Shown: in pieces, positions 10,627-24,923 of the stretch | Numbering within the stretch: position 1 is the first letter of the stretch | How the letters are laid out: every line of letters begins with the position of its first letter | Assembly (NCBI GenBank): GCA_010909165.1 | Contig: MU008180.1 | Span: 929,884-993,883 of the forward strand | DNA: 64,000 bases | Reading direction: 5' to 3' | From: Anthoceros angustus | Taxonomy: Eukaryota; Plantae; Anthocerotophyta | Notes under the pieces: generated by a model | Told to the model about the DNA's origin: nothing | Seen by the model: only the letters and a program-made list of their open reading frames with translations | The model's database searches: none | Position numbers and translations under genes: made by a program

Positions 10627-13600
10627 CCAGTGCTGACGAAGCCCCCATTCTACTGAGGCTGTGTTTATCCTGCAGCCGGTTCCCCAGACAGCTCATCATC
10701 AAGTGAGCGGGTATGGGCCTTTGTCGCTTACATAATGCTTGCCATATTCTGGTCAGGGTCGGTGGTTTAAAGGAAGCATTCTGCACCAGGTAACCAGCAC
10801 AAGGTGGACTTGCTACCAACTGAGAACAGCACGGCTCTGCCTTGGGAGCGCTCAGGGATGTGCTGGTAAACTTGAAGCGGTTTCCTTCCCCATGCTTACA
10901 AATGTGAGCTGCCAACGAATGTGGACAACTCTAGACAGACTATGTCAGTCACGCACCTGTACAGTGGGCCCTCGTCAGATGCTGGTTTCTTACAACATGC
11001 TTTGGAGACACCAACAGGATTGAAACAGACACTTGACATCCTGTTGCGCCTGTCCCTGTTGCTGCCTGGAGGGGGGGTGGGGATAGGTAGAACCCACAGT
11101 TGGCGAAGGCGCGCCCACTTCCGTGTGTATCTCCTTTGTGTCTTTGTCGAACATTTTGGCTTGATCATAACGGCCTGATGACAGGTAAGGAGGAAGTGCT
11201 TGGGAGCTGGAAAGAAGAGCCTTGAAAGCTCCTTGTAGAGAAACAGAGCACCTGTGTGTTGCATCTGATAGCGAGCTTCCAGCGACTTCAAGCACGCTGT
11301 TACGCAAATCTTATCGCCAACTATGTACTTCTAGCACGTTGTTGCTGCAAATTCTATTGCCAGCTACCACATAGACTTCGATTGAAGATAGTTCGCCCAT
11401 TGACTTTGCATGTGGCTTATGCTATCAGTGTGATACTTAAAACAGCAAGGTGATGGGTACCTGTACAAGTGTTAGCGGTCTATTCCACAACTTAGTTCAT
11501 CTGGCACCTCGAGCACTTTGACTATCCAGCCTCCTTGTGAGCATTCACGGGAGGAGCTTCTGCTCAAATTGGTGAGCGCCATCAACTCGCAAACCCACAT
11601 AAGTCTCCCCATCCATTAGAACCTCAATCCCTCTATGGCGGGTGGGAAACAAGCAAGGCGACCGCCAGGACCTTGTTAACATCTGAATTGCGATTCCCGC
11701 CATGGGTGGTGAGGGGAGGCAGAATCTGGAGGGGAAGGAAGACGGCCGTTAGCAGCAGGCTGGAAATTGGTACGCAGAGAATTGTGACGAAGCGCTCTGG
11801 GTCTTTCTCACCTACATACGTGGAAGGTAGCAGTCATGGTACGTGCCAGCAGCTCCAAAAATACATCCTGTGGAGGGAGTTGATGCAGTATCCTCACAAA
11901 CCACAGTGCTCCTCCTGAGGGTACCGACAAGCAAAATTTTATTCGTCCCAGCAAAACCTGAATTGAATGCCGGGAGTCACGTTCAGACAGACCGCTCGCC
12001 GCTCGCCGCTTGGACCCACCCGGTTCCGAGGTGTATCTAGAAGTCTTTGCAGCCTCCAGCTAAGACTTCTCCAGGCCCACAGTATGTACCTCCATCATCT
12101 CATACCACAAGAGCAGACGTGTAGAAATTGCAATATCAGGCTTGGTAACGAGTCTTTCAAGGGGCGGCCCGGTGACAAGAGTCTTTTGAAATTGATGAAA
12201 TTTGGTAGGACGCCGCGGCCCAGGCCTCTCCCTGCCCGCGCCCCTAAAGAAGCCTAATATTTTAGCTAGGACACGACTTGCAAGTTCCGAGACATGACTC
12301 TTCACAGCGTTACACATTCGCAGCAAAGTAAAGAAAGCCTCGCTGCAGCAGCTGGATCACACAGACCGGAGTTTACCGCACGGCTTCATCGGTGATGTCG
12401 CTTTCCTGGCACTCGCGAGATTGTAGACTGCCTTGGCGGTGTCGGAGAGGTAGACTGTGTGAATGCATTATTTTACACCTTCCATCGGAGCGCCAGTCAC
12501 TGTGCGATGAAACGTGTTGTAATGGAACTTGACATGCCAGGAAAGATACCTTGAGAAGAGACTGTGATTCCGATGAGGTCAGCTCTGGCAGCACCATACA
12601 ATATGTGCGATAGTGCATACAATATGCCTGTTATCTTCCTTGGAGACACATCCCTCGAGCTCCGTACTTTAGGGCTACTGGTTTAGTCTGCATGGAAGAG
12701 TAATGCAGCTTTTGATCGTTCAGTTGAACTGATTTGCAGGCTTCCAGGTGCATCTGTTGACTGGAGGCAGGTATCTTCTGCACAGAGGAGTACATCATGC
12801 TGCAGCTTTACCATGAGTTGAGCTGACTTGCTGGTCCTTGTGTTTGATTGGACACTTGTCTACTGCATGTGTCCAAGACGGCATACCTGTCTGGTGCTTG
12901 ATGCTGTGAGCCGTGGCACGCAGAAATGAGTCTGGAAGCTGATGACTACAAATCACCTTCACGATATGGTCATGGTGCCACAAATCATGTAGTTTACTTT
13001 TGAAAGACACTTTGAGGAGTGCGACACCTGTGGATATTTAACTGTCTTCTGTTTTGTGGAATTGATGTGAACAAGTCACAAGCAGAGGCCTCCGGGAGGG
13101 AGATGCAGATTCACACAGTGTCGGGTGTCATGTACAAGTGACAGGCTTTGAGGCGTTGAGCAATAAAAGCGGGGAATCAGAATGCGTTAATTCAGGCTGG
13201 TCGGGTGCGTCCTGACTTGATGAAAAGGAGTGGCGCTGCTGTTCACTCGAAAGATGAAAGAACAGGGTGCTGATTGTGCCGAACGGGTGGTTGGGAGGTT
13301 TAGGCGTGGATAATATTTCTTGAGGGGAATGAAGGTTCATACGTACACCATATGTCTGACTCTACATGCATAGAAAACGCTAGGGGTGGAGGACTGGTAG
13401 CCGCAAAGGAGGATGGATTGGCCCTAGGGTTCTTTATTACAGCCTTACATGTGAGCTTTTGGGGAGAAAGGGATTCCCTAGAAAATGATGCCCGTCCAAG
13501 TAACACGAGTCGTGGCAACCTCGGTCACAGGGAGAGCCGGGACCGCGGCCCGGAGTGTTGAGTGTTCGCGTTCCTGGCCTCTAGTCAATGTACGGAACCC

Positions 13601-14875
13601 AGGGGATACAGAAGTATGCATACATGTGTACAACATGTATTTGTACGTAGAGTGGTAACGGGATACGTAATGTGTACGTACAGCGTTAGCTGGGCGATGG
13701 TGGAGGAGCACTGGAGTCCGGCAGGCGAGCGGTTGGGAGAAAGCGGCTCTTGGTACATTGCGAAGCGGCTCCAACAGAAGAGGGGGATAACGCACGTCTG
13801 TCAGGCTCAAGGATGGAGGAGGGTGGAGAGCCTAGGCTGGCCGGGGCCCGGGACGCTGGCGTGGCCGTTCCTGGGCATTAGGGTTTTGGTGCAGTACAAT
13901 GGCGGGCAGGGGATGATTTGTTCGCTGCTGCTGCATTGCAACTTGCGTCATGCGCGTCCAAATTGGGCAGTTGATCCGATTGGTCATGCGTAATATCCGT
14001 CTCGCATGACATGAAGGCATTAGATGGGGTGGCTTCCTTCTGTTGGCAAATCCACCTGGGGGGGGGGCGGGGGGCAACGGACGGGCGGTACCAGGCAAGG
14101 CAGCAGGGCGCACGGTTGTGAGGAACAACGTTCGGTGCGTAGGTACAGCACAGCGGCTGGAAGTGGAGCTGGAATGTGTAAGCAGAGAGCCCAAATGAAT
14201 TGTCTCATGATAGCGGGAGGCGTAGCAACAGGGATGGTGACAAAACGAAGGTGTGGAGCGAGATCTGGGTGGTTCAGCAAATCGTCCAGACTAGCTTCCT
14301 TCTCCAGCCTTTGCCTGGCCGCACGCTTTCCCAGGACGCACAAGCCAAGCCCCAGTCCAGGACTCGTCCAGCCCCTCGGGCCTCGCCTGTGATGATGCTT
14401 TGATGCCCCGGCCCTGGCCCAGACTGACCTCGGTCTTTAAGCGAAGCCGAGATCTCCAGGCTGCATAATGATTCCTTCATCAGATGCGGGCAGCCCGCAG
14501 GCCGAGAGGAGAAGGCAGCAGTCCAGTCAAGCCCGGTCCTCTTGCGTCCCATCCCTTCCCTTTCCTCCCCTTTTCTTTGCTTTTGTATGCTTTTATGTTG
14601 ATGTATGCATGGAGGGTTCGGCTTTGGGTGGGGCTGGGGCCTGGGACAGTGAGCACGTGATGCCTGATGACATGGGCAATTGGGCATCTCCAGGTCCGGC
14701 CGCTACTAAGCAGCACCCCGTCTCCGTCCCCGTCCCCGTCCCGGAGGTGGAAGCCAAGTTCCAACTCCTGTGCTTTTGCTCTTTTGTTTTTGTGTTAGGT
14801 ACAAGTTTCCGACAAGCTGCTTGCGGCCGTTTGCCGTTGCTTTGTAGGTATGCAAATGCTTTTTTGTGTAAAGCC

Positions 14876-17257
14876 GGCCGGGGCCAGGGCCGGTGCCGGG
14901 GCCGGGGCCGTGGCCGGGGCCGGCAGGTGGGGAAGGGGCAGGGATCGGCATGCAGGCCGCTGCCCTTGTCGTGCATAAAGATGTATGCCTTGCGCGCAGG
15001 CGCAGGCGCAGGGAGCTGGCCCAGGATGCCGCTCCCACCCCAATTTCCTTTGTCAAGCCAATTCTTTTCCTTCTCGTTTCCTCCATCAGCCTCCTGCTGC
15101 CTCCCTTCCAAGTTCCTCCCTCCCCCCATGCCCCCTTCCTCGTTCCGGCTTCCGGCTTCCGGTTTCCTGCTTCCTGCTGTACTAGACGACAGCAGCAAAA
15201 ACAGCAAGAAGGCGGTAATGTTGTACCATGAGGGCATGTACATCCGCATGTACATGTACAAGAAACCAACTTGCATGTGGCATCCACGCAGCAGGCTGGC
15301 GGGCTCCAGCTTCCCGGCCCCGACTGCGGCCCCGGCTCCAGACGTGGGGGCGTGTGCGATGCGCATCACGGGGGCGGTGTCGGAGTCACTTGACTCAACT
15401 TCTCGTCCCAGTCTCCTGGCGTCAATAGGGTTTTGAAAGCCAGAGCTGAACCAGTCGACGGGGCTCGATCACGACTCCCGGCGACCGGGTCCCAGGGCCC
15501 CGCCTCCGACCGGGCCAGCCGGTGCCGCTCCCACTCTATTTCGGGCCGGGGCCCCGACTGGAACGTGGGACGTTTCTCCAGCGTTCGTCCGCACTCCGAG
15601 TCCCAGGCCAGATGGCCCCATGGCCCCATGGCCCCATGGCCCCATGGCCCCATGCCCCGATGCGCCCTCATCGCTTTCCTTCTTCCCCCCGCCTCCCCGC
15701 CCTCGCTGACACACGCCTCGACTATGTTGCGCCCCAAAATGCGCTGCCCAGCCCTCCCCGAGCCTTGTCGAAGCCGAACGGGGGCCCCCGCACCCCCGTC
15801 CTTCGGCCACCGGCATCACCGGCTGGGACTCTCGGCAATCGGCACTCCGAATCCCCATACATCACAAAGGCATGTGCTAACACCAACAACAACAATTTTT
15901 ATCCCTGTCCACTGACCGAGGCAGCATGGACGCCAAGCCTGAGGGACGCAGCCGAGCTGAGCTCCGAGTTCCGACATCCAGCAAGCCCCTTCATTGAGTC
16001 GAGTCGAGTCGAGTCGAGTTGAGTTGAGTGGAGTTGGGCACAATTTTTGGAGAGTTTGCGTTGGAGATAACCATCCAATTCCGAGACCGATGGCGATGGC
16101 GATGGCGAAAGCGAAGGCGATGGCGATCGCGGCCGCACTGGTCCCGTCTGCTGGCTGCTGTGCCGCTGGGCTGCCTCGTGTCAGACCTGGCGAGATTGGC
16201 TACACCAAAGCGTGTAATAATATATAACATATAAAACAACTGTAGCAGCGGTTGACTTGGATCCCCCGCGAGCCAGTCCCGGCCCAGTCCGGGCCGTGCG
16301 CATGACACGACATGAAGGGGAAAAAGAGGCCGGAAATGGAAAACATGGTAATGGGCTTATGGAGGGTAGGTGCGGGCACAACAACAGTGCGTGCAGTGGA
16401 GTTAGGCGGAATCGCAAACGCGCTGCTGTGTGAACGCGCGCGGACCAGTTGGCGGTGACCTGGCTCGCACACCCGGCAAGCATGAGGCCTGGGATAGGGA
16501 GAGCGTAAAGGCGGGCACCGGCCCCAGCCGGTGGCCTCGCCTCCCCCCGCCAGTCTACGCTCGAACCCAGGGACCAAGCAGCCCAGGCCAGGCCGCAGGC
16601 GCAAGGAAGGACGGAAGGAAGGAAGGAAGGAAGGAAAGAAGAAAACAGAGTCAGTCACACAACCAGCCATCCACGCTCCGCCCGGAAGGTGTCCGCGGAG
16701 ACGAAGACGAGCTGCCGGCCTGTGAGATCGTCTCCTGGTCTGGAGACCCCCGCGTACCAACTTCCGCTCCCGCCTTGGGGTGGTGAAGAAAAGCGCGCAT
16801 TTTCTTCGCCCTGCTGCCTTTGTCTTCCAAGGCTGCTGCCGGCTGCGACATCTCTGTCTTCTCTTCTCTGCTCTTCTCTTCTGCTGGCTTGGACTTGGCC
16901 TGGTGTCTCCGGTGTACGGCCATTCGGGCAGGAGCAGCGTCAAGGGCGTGATTCGCCGGAGTGACGTGCGAGGGAGGAGCGGGGTGATCGCTGATGCCGG
17001 CAGGAGGGGGAGGTGGAGTGTGCTACTAATTCGCGCCAGGGGCAACGCCCACCAGGCGTTTGTGGCATGAGAGTGTTGTGGGTCGAGTGGTGGGAGGCTG
17101 TGTGGCGGATTGCACGGCCGTGCTGCCGAGATCGGGGCTTGGGGGAGTGAGGGAGGAATTGATTGATGAAAGAGGAGGAAGATAAATGCGCTGCGCCTAC
17201 AGGTGTTTGCCTGCTGCCGCCAGCTGCTGGGTTGGGTTGGTTGGGTTGGGTTGGGTT
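14876..17257. repeat. Cluster of GC-rich microsatellites upstream of RBOH
   Basis: (GGCCGG)n ~14876-14925, (CCCCATGG)n ~15614-15655, (GAGTC/GAGTT)n ~15996-16035, (GATGGC)n ~16088-16126, (GGAA)n ~16605-16637, (GGTT/GGGTT)n ~17229-17257. Confidence 0.85.
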
Positions 17258-17366
17258 GCGGTGGTGCCGTGCTGTGGTGGAGGAGATTTGCGTTGCGGGG
17301 AGGGATTTGTTGGCTGGGAGCGAGTAGACTAGAGTAGCGGGCCGCGCCGGGCCGGGGACGGCCGCA

Positions 17367-20300
17367 ATGGCGCACGGCAAGCCGCCTTTGGGGCGCACCG
17401 ACAGCGCGCGCTCTCACGTGCTGGACATGGAGATGATGTCCATTGGGAGCGGGAGCAGCAGCACCAACAACTCCGGGCAGCTGCACTGGCAGCTGCCGGA
17501 CGCCTTGGCCAGGGATCGGGCCGATCGAGATCGGGATCGGGATCGGGATCGGGATGGGGATGACGACGGGATGCTGGAGGTGATGCTGGACGTGCACAAC
17601 GACTCCGTCATTCTGCGGGGAGTGCACCCGCCGCCCGGGGTGAGTTTGAGTGGGAGCACGGGGGACAGCGGCCCGCTCAGCTTGTGGGCGTCCACCAATG
17701 CGTCTTCCAGCTTCTCCGACCCGCCGAGCAGGACGGAGAGCCTGGGGGAGGAGATGGAGCAGCACGTCACCACGCTGCTCGGGGATGGGTGGGAGAGGAA
17801 GCCGGGGACGTCGTTCAAGAGATCCGCCTCCGCCAGGATGAAGCAGATCTCGCAGGGGATAGGTAGGCTGTCCAGGAATGGGTCCTCGGCCAGGGTGAAG
17901 TCTGTCACCGCGGAGCCCAACGGGCCCAGGATGGTGCGCTCCGTCTCCAGCGCCGAGCACGCCCTCGAGGGGTTACGGTTCATCAACAAGGCCACCATCT
18001 CCGACGACCAGAAGTCCAAGTGGGAGGAGGTGGAGCAGCAATTCCACAAGCTCAAGGGGCCGGATGGGAGGCTGGCCAGGGCGGACTTCGCTAACTGTAT
18101 AGGTGTGTGTGACATGGAGCCTACCTTCGGACCCCTGCTTTTTCTTTTCTCTCCTTCCCTTGCCTTTGCTTCCCACACTCATCACCCTGCCATTTCGTGG
18201 CTGCAGGAATGAAGGACACCAAGGAGTTCGCCCACGAGCTGTTCGATGCCCTCACCAGGAGGAAGGGGCTCAAGGTCCAAACCATCAGCAAGGAGGACCT
18301 TTATGACCTCTTCTTGCAGATCACGGATCAAGGCTTTGATTCTCGAATGCAGATCTTTTTCGACTTGTGAGATACCCCAGCCTGCACCCTGCACCCCTGC
18401 ACCTTGCTCCAGGACTCCGAGTTTGCTGCTGCCTATCCTAAGCAGCTCCTCTCATGTTTTGCATTTGCGCTCTGCTGCAGGTGTGACAAGAATGGGGATG
18501 GTCGCATCACGGAGGAGGAAGTGAGGGAGGTGTTGATGCTCAGCGCTGCCGCCAACAAGCTGTCCAAGCTCAAAGAGCAGGCTGAGGAGTATGCTGCGTT
18601 GATTATGGAGGAGCTGGATCCTACAGATCAGGGGTTTATTGAGGTTGGTAGTCGTCGTGGCCATCGCAATCACAGGCCCATGCCTTTATCGCTTCCCGAA
18701 AGAGTTTTTGACATGCTATTATGCCTTTTATCCTGCTCCCTGACCCCACTCATGTGCTCTTTTTACCCGGAAATCTTGGCAGCTCTACCAACTGGAGACG
18801 TTGATGCACGGACCTGTCGGAGGATTTGGTAGGGAAGCAGTGTTGCAGTACAGCCAGACGCTTGTGCCTCAGAGGCAGAGCAACAACTTCGTGCTCTACA
18901 CTCGCCACACCCGCTTTTTCCTGCAGGAAAACAAAAGGCGGTTATTTATTGTTCTTTTATGGATTTTGGCTATGGCGGCCCTCTTCACCTGGAAGTTCCT
19001 TCAGTACCGCAGGAGGAGTTCATTTGCGACTATGGGCTACTGTGTGTGCACGGCAAAGGGTGCAGCTGAAACTCTCAAGCTCAACATGGCAATCATTCTC
19101 TTGCCAGTGTGCAGGAACACCATCACCTGGCTTCGCTCAACCTTCCTGGGGAAAGTAATCCCCTTCGATGACAATTTGAATTTCCACAAGGTGCCACCTC
19201 TTTTGAACTCTGTTGCCTCCCTGGATTTTTGATACGTCTCTGGCCGCGTCTGTGCTCACTGTGGGAAAGTTTGCCTGGCCAGCTCATTGCGTCCGGCATT
19301 GCGTTGGGAGTGCTGGTCCATGGAGGGGTTCATTTGGCGTGTGATTTTCCCAGGGTAGCTGCTGCTCCCTACGACAAGTTCGATAGGACTCTCGGAGATG
19401 ACTTCAAGCACAAGCAGCCCAACTACGTCTTCTTCCTCATGAGCGTTGAGGGCATCACTGGAATAGCCATGGTCATTCTCATGACCATAGCTTTCTCATT
19501 GGCTACTCGCTGGTCTCGACGCAATCTTGTGAAGTTGCCCTGGCCATTCCACAACATGACAGGCTTCAATGCCTTCTGGTACTCTCATCATCTCTTCGTG
19601 CTCGTCTACATCCTGCTCATCGTCCACTCGCTTTTCCTCTTCATGTCACACGGCTGGCTGCAGAAGACGGTAAGCACCGTTGTCTACTGGTTTGCCTTCT
19701 GCAGACAGCAAGGGCGTTATGTGCTTCGGGGATGGCTCAAATCATGTGCTTCTGTGATTGCAGACATGGATGTACCTTTGTGGCCCTTTGCTCCTCTACA
19801 TTGGAGAGCGAACTCTTCGGGCTTTCCGTGCGGGACGATATCATGTGAAGATTGTTCGGGTATGTATCTCCAGCAATGTCCTTGTCGTCGGTGTGTACGC
19901 TTGCTACTCCCCGTAACTCATGAATCGGCTTTCTGTTTGCTCTCCAGGCTGCAGTCTACCCTGGCAATGTGCTAGCCTTGCACATGACCAAGCCACCGGG
20001 ATTCAAGTACAAAAGTGGGATGTACATGTATCTCAAGTGCCCTCCGATCTCAAGTTTCGAGTGGCATCCATTCTCGATCACATCCGCTCCTGGTGATGAC
20101 TACCTCAGTGTGCATATCCGTACCCTAGGAGACTGGACCAAGGAGCTGAGGAGAATATTCCAAGAGGCCAACGAGTCGGCGCACAAGAATGGTCTGCAGA
20201 CTAGGAGTGGCAACTTGCGAACCATGCTTGACACACGGTACGCACCGTCAACACCTCACGCCTCCTCACTGTTGCACTTGCTTGCTTCCTTGCTTCAGCT

Positions 20301-21281
20301 GTGCTGCACTTGCTTCCTACCAACACGAATCTCGAGACTAACTCGTGTGCTTGGCTAACAGATCTTTCCCTAGGCTGGAGATCGACGGCCCGTACGGAGC
20401 TCCTGCGCAAAACTATAAGAAGTATGACGTGCTGCTCCTGGTAGGGCTCGGCATCGGTGCCACCCCTTTCATCAGCATCCTTAAGGACTTGCTGTACAGC
20501 TTCAAGGAGGACTCTGCTCACGTAAGTCCCCGACTAATTGGCTGTTTTTCACACACATGCCATGTGCTCTATCCCCCCCTCCTTTCTTCTGACACAAGGG
20601 TGACTTTGCAGTCGGACACTTCCTTCGACTCCTCCAAGCCAGACGAGAGTCCTGGGCCCAAGAAAAAGAGGAAAGGGCCTACCAACGCCTACTTCTACTG
20701 GGTGACAAGAGAGCAAGGCTCCTTCGAGTGGTTCAAAAATGTGATGAACGAGGTGGAGGAGAACGACCACAAGCAAGTCATTGAGATGCATAACTACCTA
20801 ACCAGTGTGTATGAGGAAGGGGATGCTAGGTCTTCCCTAATTATGATGATTCAGGCTCTGCAACATGCTAAGAATGGCATCGACGTTGTGTCCGGCACAA
20901 GGGTATTCCCCTCCATCCTCAATATGTGCATTCTTGGTGACACCGTCAAACGTGTATGACCATATTTCTGTTCAAACCATTGTGGCTCACCTGGTGCGTG
21001 TTGGTGCAGGCTCGAACACACTTCGCGAGGCCAAACTGGAAGAAGGTTTTTTCAAGGCTGGCGGCTACACATCGGGGCGAGAGAATTGGTGAGTCCGGCA
21101 CAGCGCTTCTGCGTCCATCTCATGCCTCCTCGCTGTGTCTAACACGTTGCTGTGCTGGTGTGCTTTCACAGGTGTGTTTTACTGCGGATCTGCAGTGTTA
21201 GCCAAGGAGTTAGACGCGCTATCGCGGCACTACACTCAGAAATCCAACACTAAATTCAAGTTCCATAAGGAGAATTTTTAG
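17367..21281 (+). CDS. RBOH: Respiratory burst oxidase homolog (plasma-membrane NADPH oxidase with EF-hands)
   Basis: [18 protein letters not shown]-hand [46 protein letters not shown] motif [24 protein letters not shown] motif [13 protein letters not shown]-terminal FHKENF-stop at 21279-21281. Confidence 0.97.
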
Positions 21282-22077
21282 GCTGGTTATTTGGCTTATC
21301 TAACAACACATCACATCCACTGAACCATGCTCCGCCTTGTAGATTATCGACCACGTCCTGTAAGATTAACTATTTAAGAGCCAGAGTTGTCGGTGTACGC
21401 CTTTCCCTGAGGGGCAATAGGTCGTCTGACTAACCCCCCAGGCAAGTACTGTCTCCTCATCGTCTCACCTGGCTTGAGAGCTTGAGAAGGAGGAAATTGA
21501 AGGAATGGACCCGCGACCCTGATCTGACCAAGGGAAAGGGGGTTCTGTGCTGTGCTACGTCACTTGAAATTTGTTTCCCGCTAAGGAAGTGCGGACTGCA
21601 ACACTAGCATGTATTGACTGTTGGCAGATGTTTTCATTTGTCGCGATTGGAAATGGTTTGTCAGCTGTCACACCATGTAGTACAATGTTTATGATCGATC
21701 CCTCGTCGACTCCTCGATTGATGTTTACAGGACTCTTTGGACATAAATTTTATTGGTGATATGTTGCCAAAAAGGGCTTGGCACATACGAGAGGGTTTCC
21801 ATGAGAAGAAGAAGTATCAATCCAGTAAAGTCCTCGGGAACATTTTTATTTTCGCTTGATGCCCTTCTTTTGTTACTTTCAAGGCCATTTTATGGTGATA
21901 TATCCGTATTGAGAGAACGATGGGTGACTCCATCTACCATAGCGCATATAAGGAAACATGAGGGTTATGATACAAAGAATAACTAAGCGCTATGTCTGAA
22001 GCCAATTTCATGCATCTCATGTCATGACCACGAGCTTGATGCGCCTACATACCACCGAGATCGTCCTGGATGCACCC

Positions 22078-22170
22078 GGCCAGCTGTCATCCCGGTCCTC
22101 TATATTGCCCTTATAAGTACCCTTTGGCCAGCTGTTATCCCGGTCCTCTATATTGCCCTCATAAGTGCCC
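22078..22170. repeat. 48-bp tandem duplication
   Basis: ggccagctgt(c/t)atcccggtcctctatattgccct(t/c)ataagt starts at 22078 and 22126; partial third copy near 22218-22245. Confidence 0.85.
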
Positions 22171-24399
22171 GTCGGAGGGTGATGGATACTCACAGCGAAA
22201 AGAATGCGTTCTCTGTAGTGCCCTTATAAGTGCCCTTCGGAGAGTGTCCACTGCCGAAAGAATGTCATGGAACAGGAGAGGGGTAGCCTCGCTCTGTGTT
22301 ATGCATGATATGCTTTAGCGCAACACTTGATAAATTTATAAAGGTCCTTCGCTAATGCAGGAGGAAGAAGTGGCTTGCCTACATTCCTATATATTTAGTG
22401 CTCAACATTAACCTTAGATGTCACCGCTCCAACCACTCTCGCACCTAAACAATTTAGGATAACATGTTCATGGGTGAGGGATCCCGCGTAGGGTCAGTAA
22501 CTACTGCGTCTACCACCAAACTTGGTTGCCTCGGACAAGGTACAATCGACCTTGACCGTCTGACCTGTACATAGAGTGTAACAAAGCTCCCTCCAAGCAC
22601 AATGAGTCAATGTACCTCCCATGCATAATGACGCTTTCACAGGTTTATCTTACTAGGGTTGAGTAACTGTATTCCCTTATGATGGGCGCCACATGTGTCA
22701 TGCGCATGATAAGTCTCGTTGCTTAAGAGACTTCTCCTCTTGTTCGTGCGATGTCTAGCAAGGTCTTCTTGGAAATTCTCAGCAACCCTGCAAAGTGGCA
22801 TCAGAAATGGCTATCTACTAGTTACTTATGGCCGAATTCATTCCTATCTGCTGCGTGGTACTTGTGGCTGGCGACCGTGTTTCCAGCATCACAGAGAAGA
22901 CAATAAGTTTCGAACATCAAGGTGGTCTCACATCCTTTTTTGAAGGATAGGATGGGGAAGACCAGCCCATCTAGATGGGTTGGATGAACGTATATTTGTT
23001 TGAGAACAGTCTCGCTTTTTTAAGAGCTCATTTTCAAAGAACCTGAATACCCTCTGGCTCTTCAACGCTTCATACCAAAACAACCTGAGAAACAGCAAAT
23101 CTCCCACATTTGCGGAAATAACGACAACAACTGCAACAAACACATCTAACCATGATCCTCCACCAGCAGGATTCTGCTTAATGGCTACACAAATGAGGCC
23201 CAACCATACATTGGCAAAGTGGTTCCACTTGTGTTCTTTGAACATGGACACCCTCTACTCATTTCCATGAGACCATACTTCCTCCTTATGCCGTAGGAAC
23301 ATCTCTATAGTTACCTATGGAATCTGACTCTTTGAAAACTGGGCGGATGGTATGCTTCCACCCTTATGCGCCTCTGGGATCAAATGGGTCTGCTGGAAAT
23401 ATCAAACTTTCCACATCCCTAGATGACTCCGGACAGTCGCGTCCTCTAGGACCTTCGAGTCCCCTCTCGTTGCTCTCAGCCATCAGGTATACTCTTGTAC
23501 CAGAATAAGGCTCGATAGAGCCATTTTCGTACCAGGTATAGCCATTCCATCTCTAACTCCTTGGCATACCTTTCAAAAGCGTCCAAATTTCGAGACGAGA
23601 TTTGGATTGGCTTGCAATCAAACTCTGGTATAGGGTTCTTCTTCCTTTTGTCTCTAGTAGGAGGTCCTTACAGAATTATTGTGTTAGGTGGAGGTACACG
23701 CACCCAAGGGGTGGGCAGGAAGCCAGTACCCCCGTTAATATACACTATGGGGGTTTTGTGTCTTTTATACTCCTAAGGGGGTTTCCAATGGGTCTTGAAT
23801 GAGCGTTTTCTGGTACTTGGTCCCAAAAAGGGTTTAGAAAAAGGGAGGACACTTGCGCTGAACATAACATTCATGTCCATATCATGCCGGCAAAGGGTAT
23901 GCACCATGGCTTCAGTTTAGGCCCAGTTAATGCCCATGTATGAGGACCATTTGTGCCGGTAAAGTTGTAAAATTATGAGCATTCTACGGCAAATCTATGG
24001 CTAAGCATGGTAAGAATAGCCTTCACCTTCGGGTTTCATACAAGACTTCGAGAACACTCATGACCATTGGATTTTGAGGGTCCTCAACTCCGGAGGAGAC
24101 CCTCATTCTTGACAATTTGAGTCACAAGAGGTCGGCCGACCGACGTCTTGGGACCTGACTTGTAGACCGACTCCTTATTTGCAGGCAACATCGCGTCTAT
24201 TTACACAGCAGTCTCAAATTAATGCTGTGCTCCACGTTTTGGCGGGTACATAAACATGCCCATATATTCTTCGAGAACGAAGCTGCACATAGTATATTAC
24301 GAATGAATGAATGAATGAAAATAGGTTCATAGGTTTTTAGAAAATGGGTGCAACCATGGCATGAGAGAAGAGTTTCAAAATACGCATCCATAAAGAGGA

Positions 24400-24660
24400 C
24401 GCTGGCCGGACGGCGCCCTTCCCACGCATGCCCTGCCCATGGGCACCGGCCGACCGGCGCCGTTCCCCAACACGTCATGCCCATGGCCGTCGGCCAACCG
24501 GCGCCCTCTCCATGCACCCCCTCCCCATGGGCCTGGCCGGCCGGCGCCCTCCCCATGCACGCCCTCCCCATGAGCGCCGGCCGGCCGGTGCCCTCCCCAC
24601 GCACGCCCTCCCCAAGGGCGCCGGCCGGCCGGTGCCCTTCCTATGCATGTCCTCCTCTAG
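24400..24660. repeat. GC-rich ~44-bp minisatellite, about 6 degenerate copies
   Basis: Unit resembles ggccggccggcgccctccccatgcacgccctccccatgggcgcc; related fragments near 24810 and 25792. Confidence 0.85.
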
Positions 24661-24923
24661 GCCGTCATAGATAAAATAAATAAGTAACACTTGAAGTTTG
24701 AGATAGCTTGGCATAGTTGTTTGAGTGGTTGGGAAAAAGTTGAGGAATGAGTAGGTTGCGGGTTTAAACCTCTTAAAGTTTTTAGTAAACCAATTTTGTT
24801 GATTTTAAGGGCGCTGGCATGCCCTTGCCCATGAACCCATCTGCTATCAATCCGAATGATATGGTTTGATAGAAGGGCTAAGTGGGCATTGACTCACATG
24901 TCTTTATTTTGGCCAGCATAGTT

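Noticed and set aside
10627-10790. Possible extra 3' exons of the kinase via a GC-AG intron
   Set aside because: Plausible but unsupported; the kinase domain is already complete at the stop at 10626.
11905-11922. gtgctcctcctgag resembles a miR390/TAS3 target site
   Set aside because: Needs gaps; no convincing second site or tasiARF sequence nearby.
13324-13344. GGGGAATGAAG matches 11 nt of the miR166 reverse complement
   Set aside because: The remaining bases diverge and no foldback partner is evident; likely chance.
16200-17960. 586-aa minus-strand ORF and other long ORFs at 14.4-16.9 kb
   Set aside because: Antisense shadow of RBOH exon 1 and low-complexity translations of GC-rich SSR DNA; no domain motifs.
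22928-23802. Short ORFs in the decayed interval
   Set aside because: No recognisable motifs and multiple stops; cannot be assigned.
24400-24660. CRISPR-like regular repeats
   Set aside because: Contiguous degenerate units without unique spacers, eukaryotic context, no cas genes.
24700-24775. tRNA-like ggttgcgggtttaaacc motif
   Set aside because: No cloverleaf or intact A/B boxes; more likely a TE-borne fragment.
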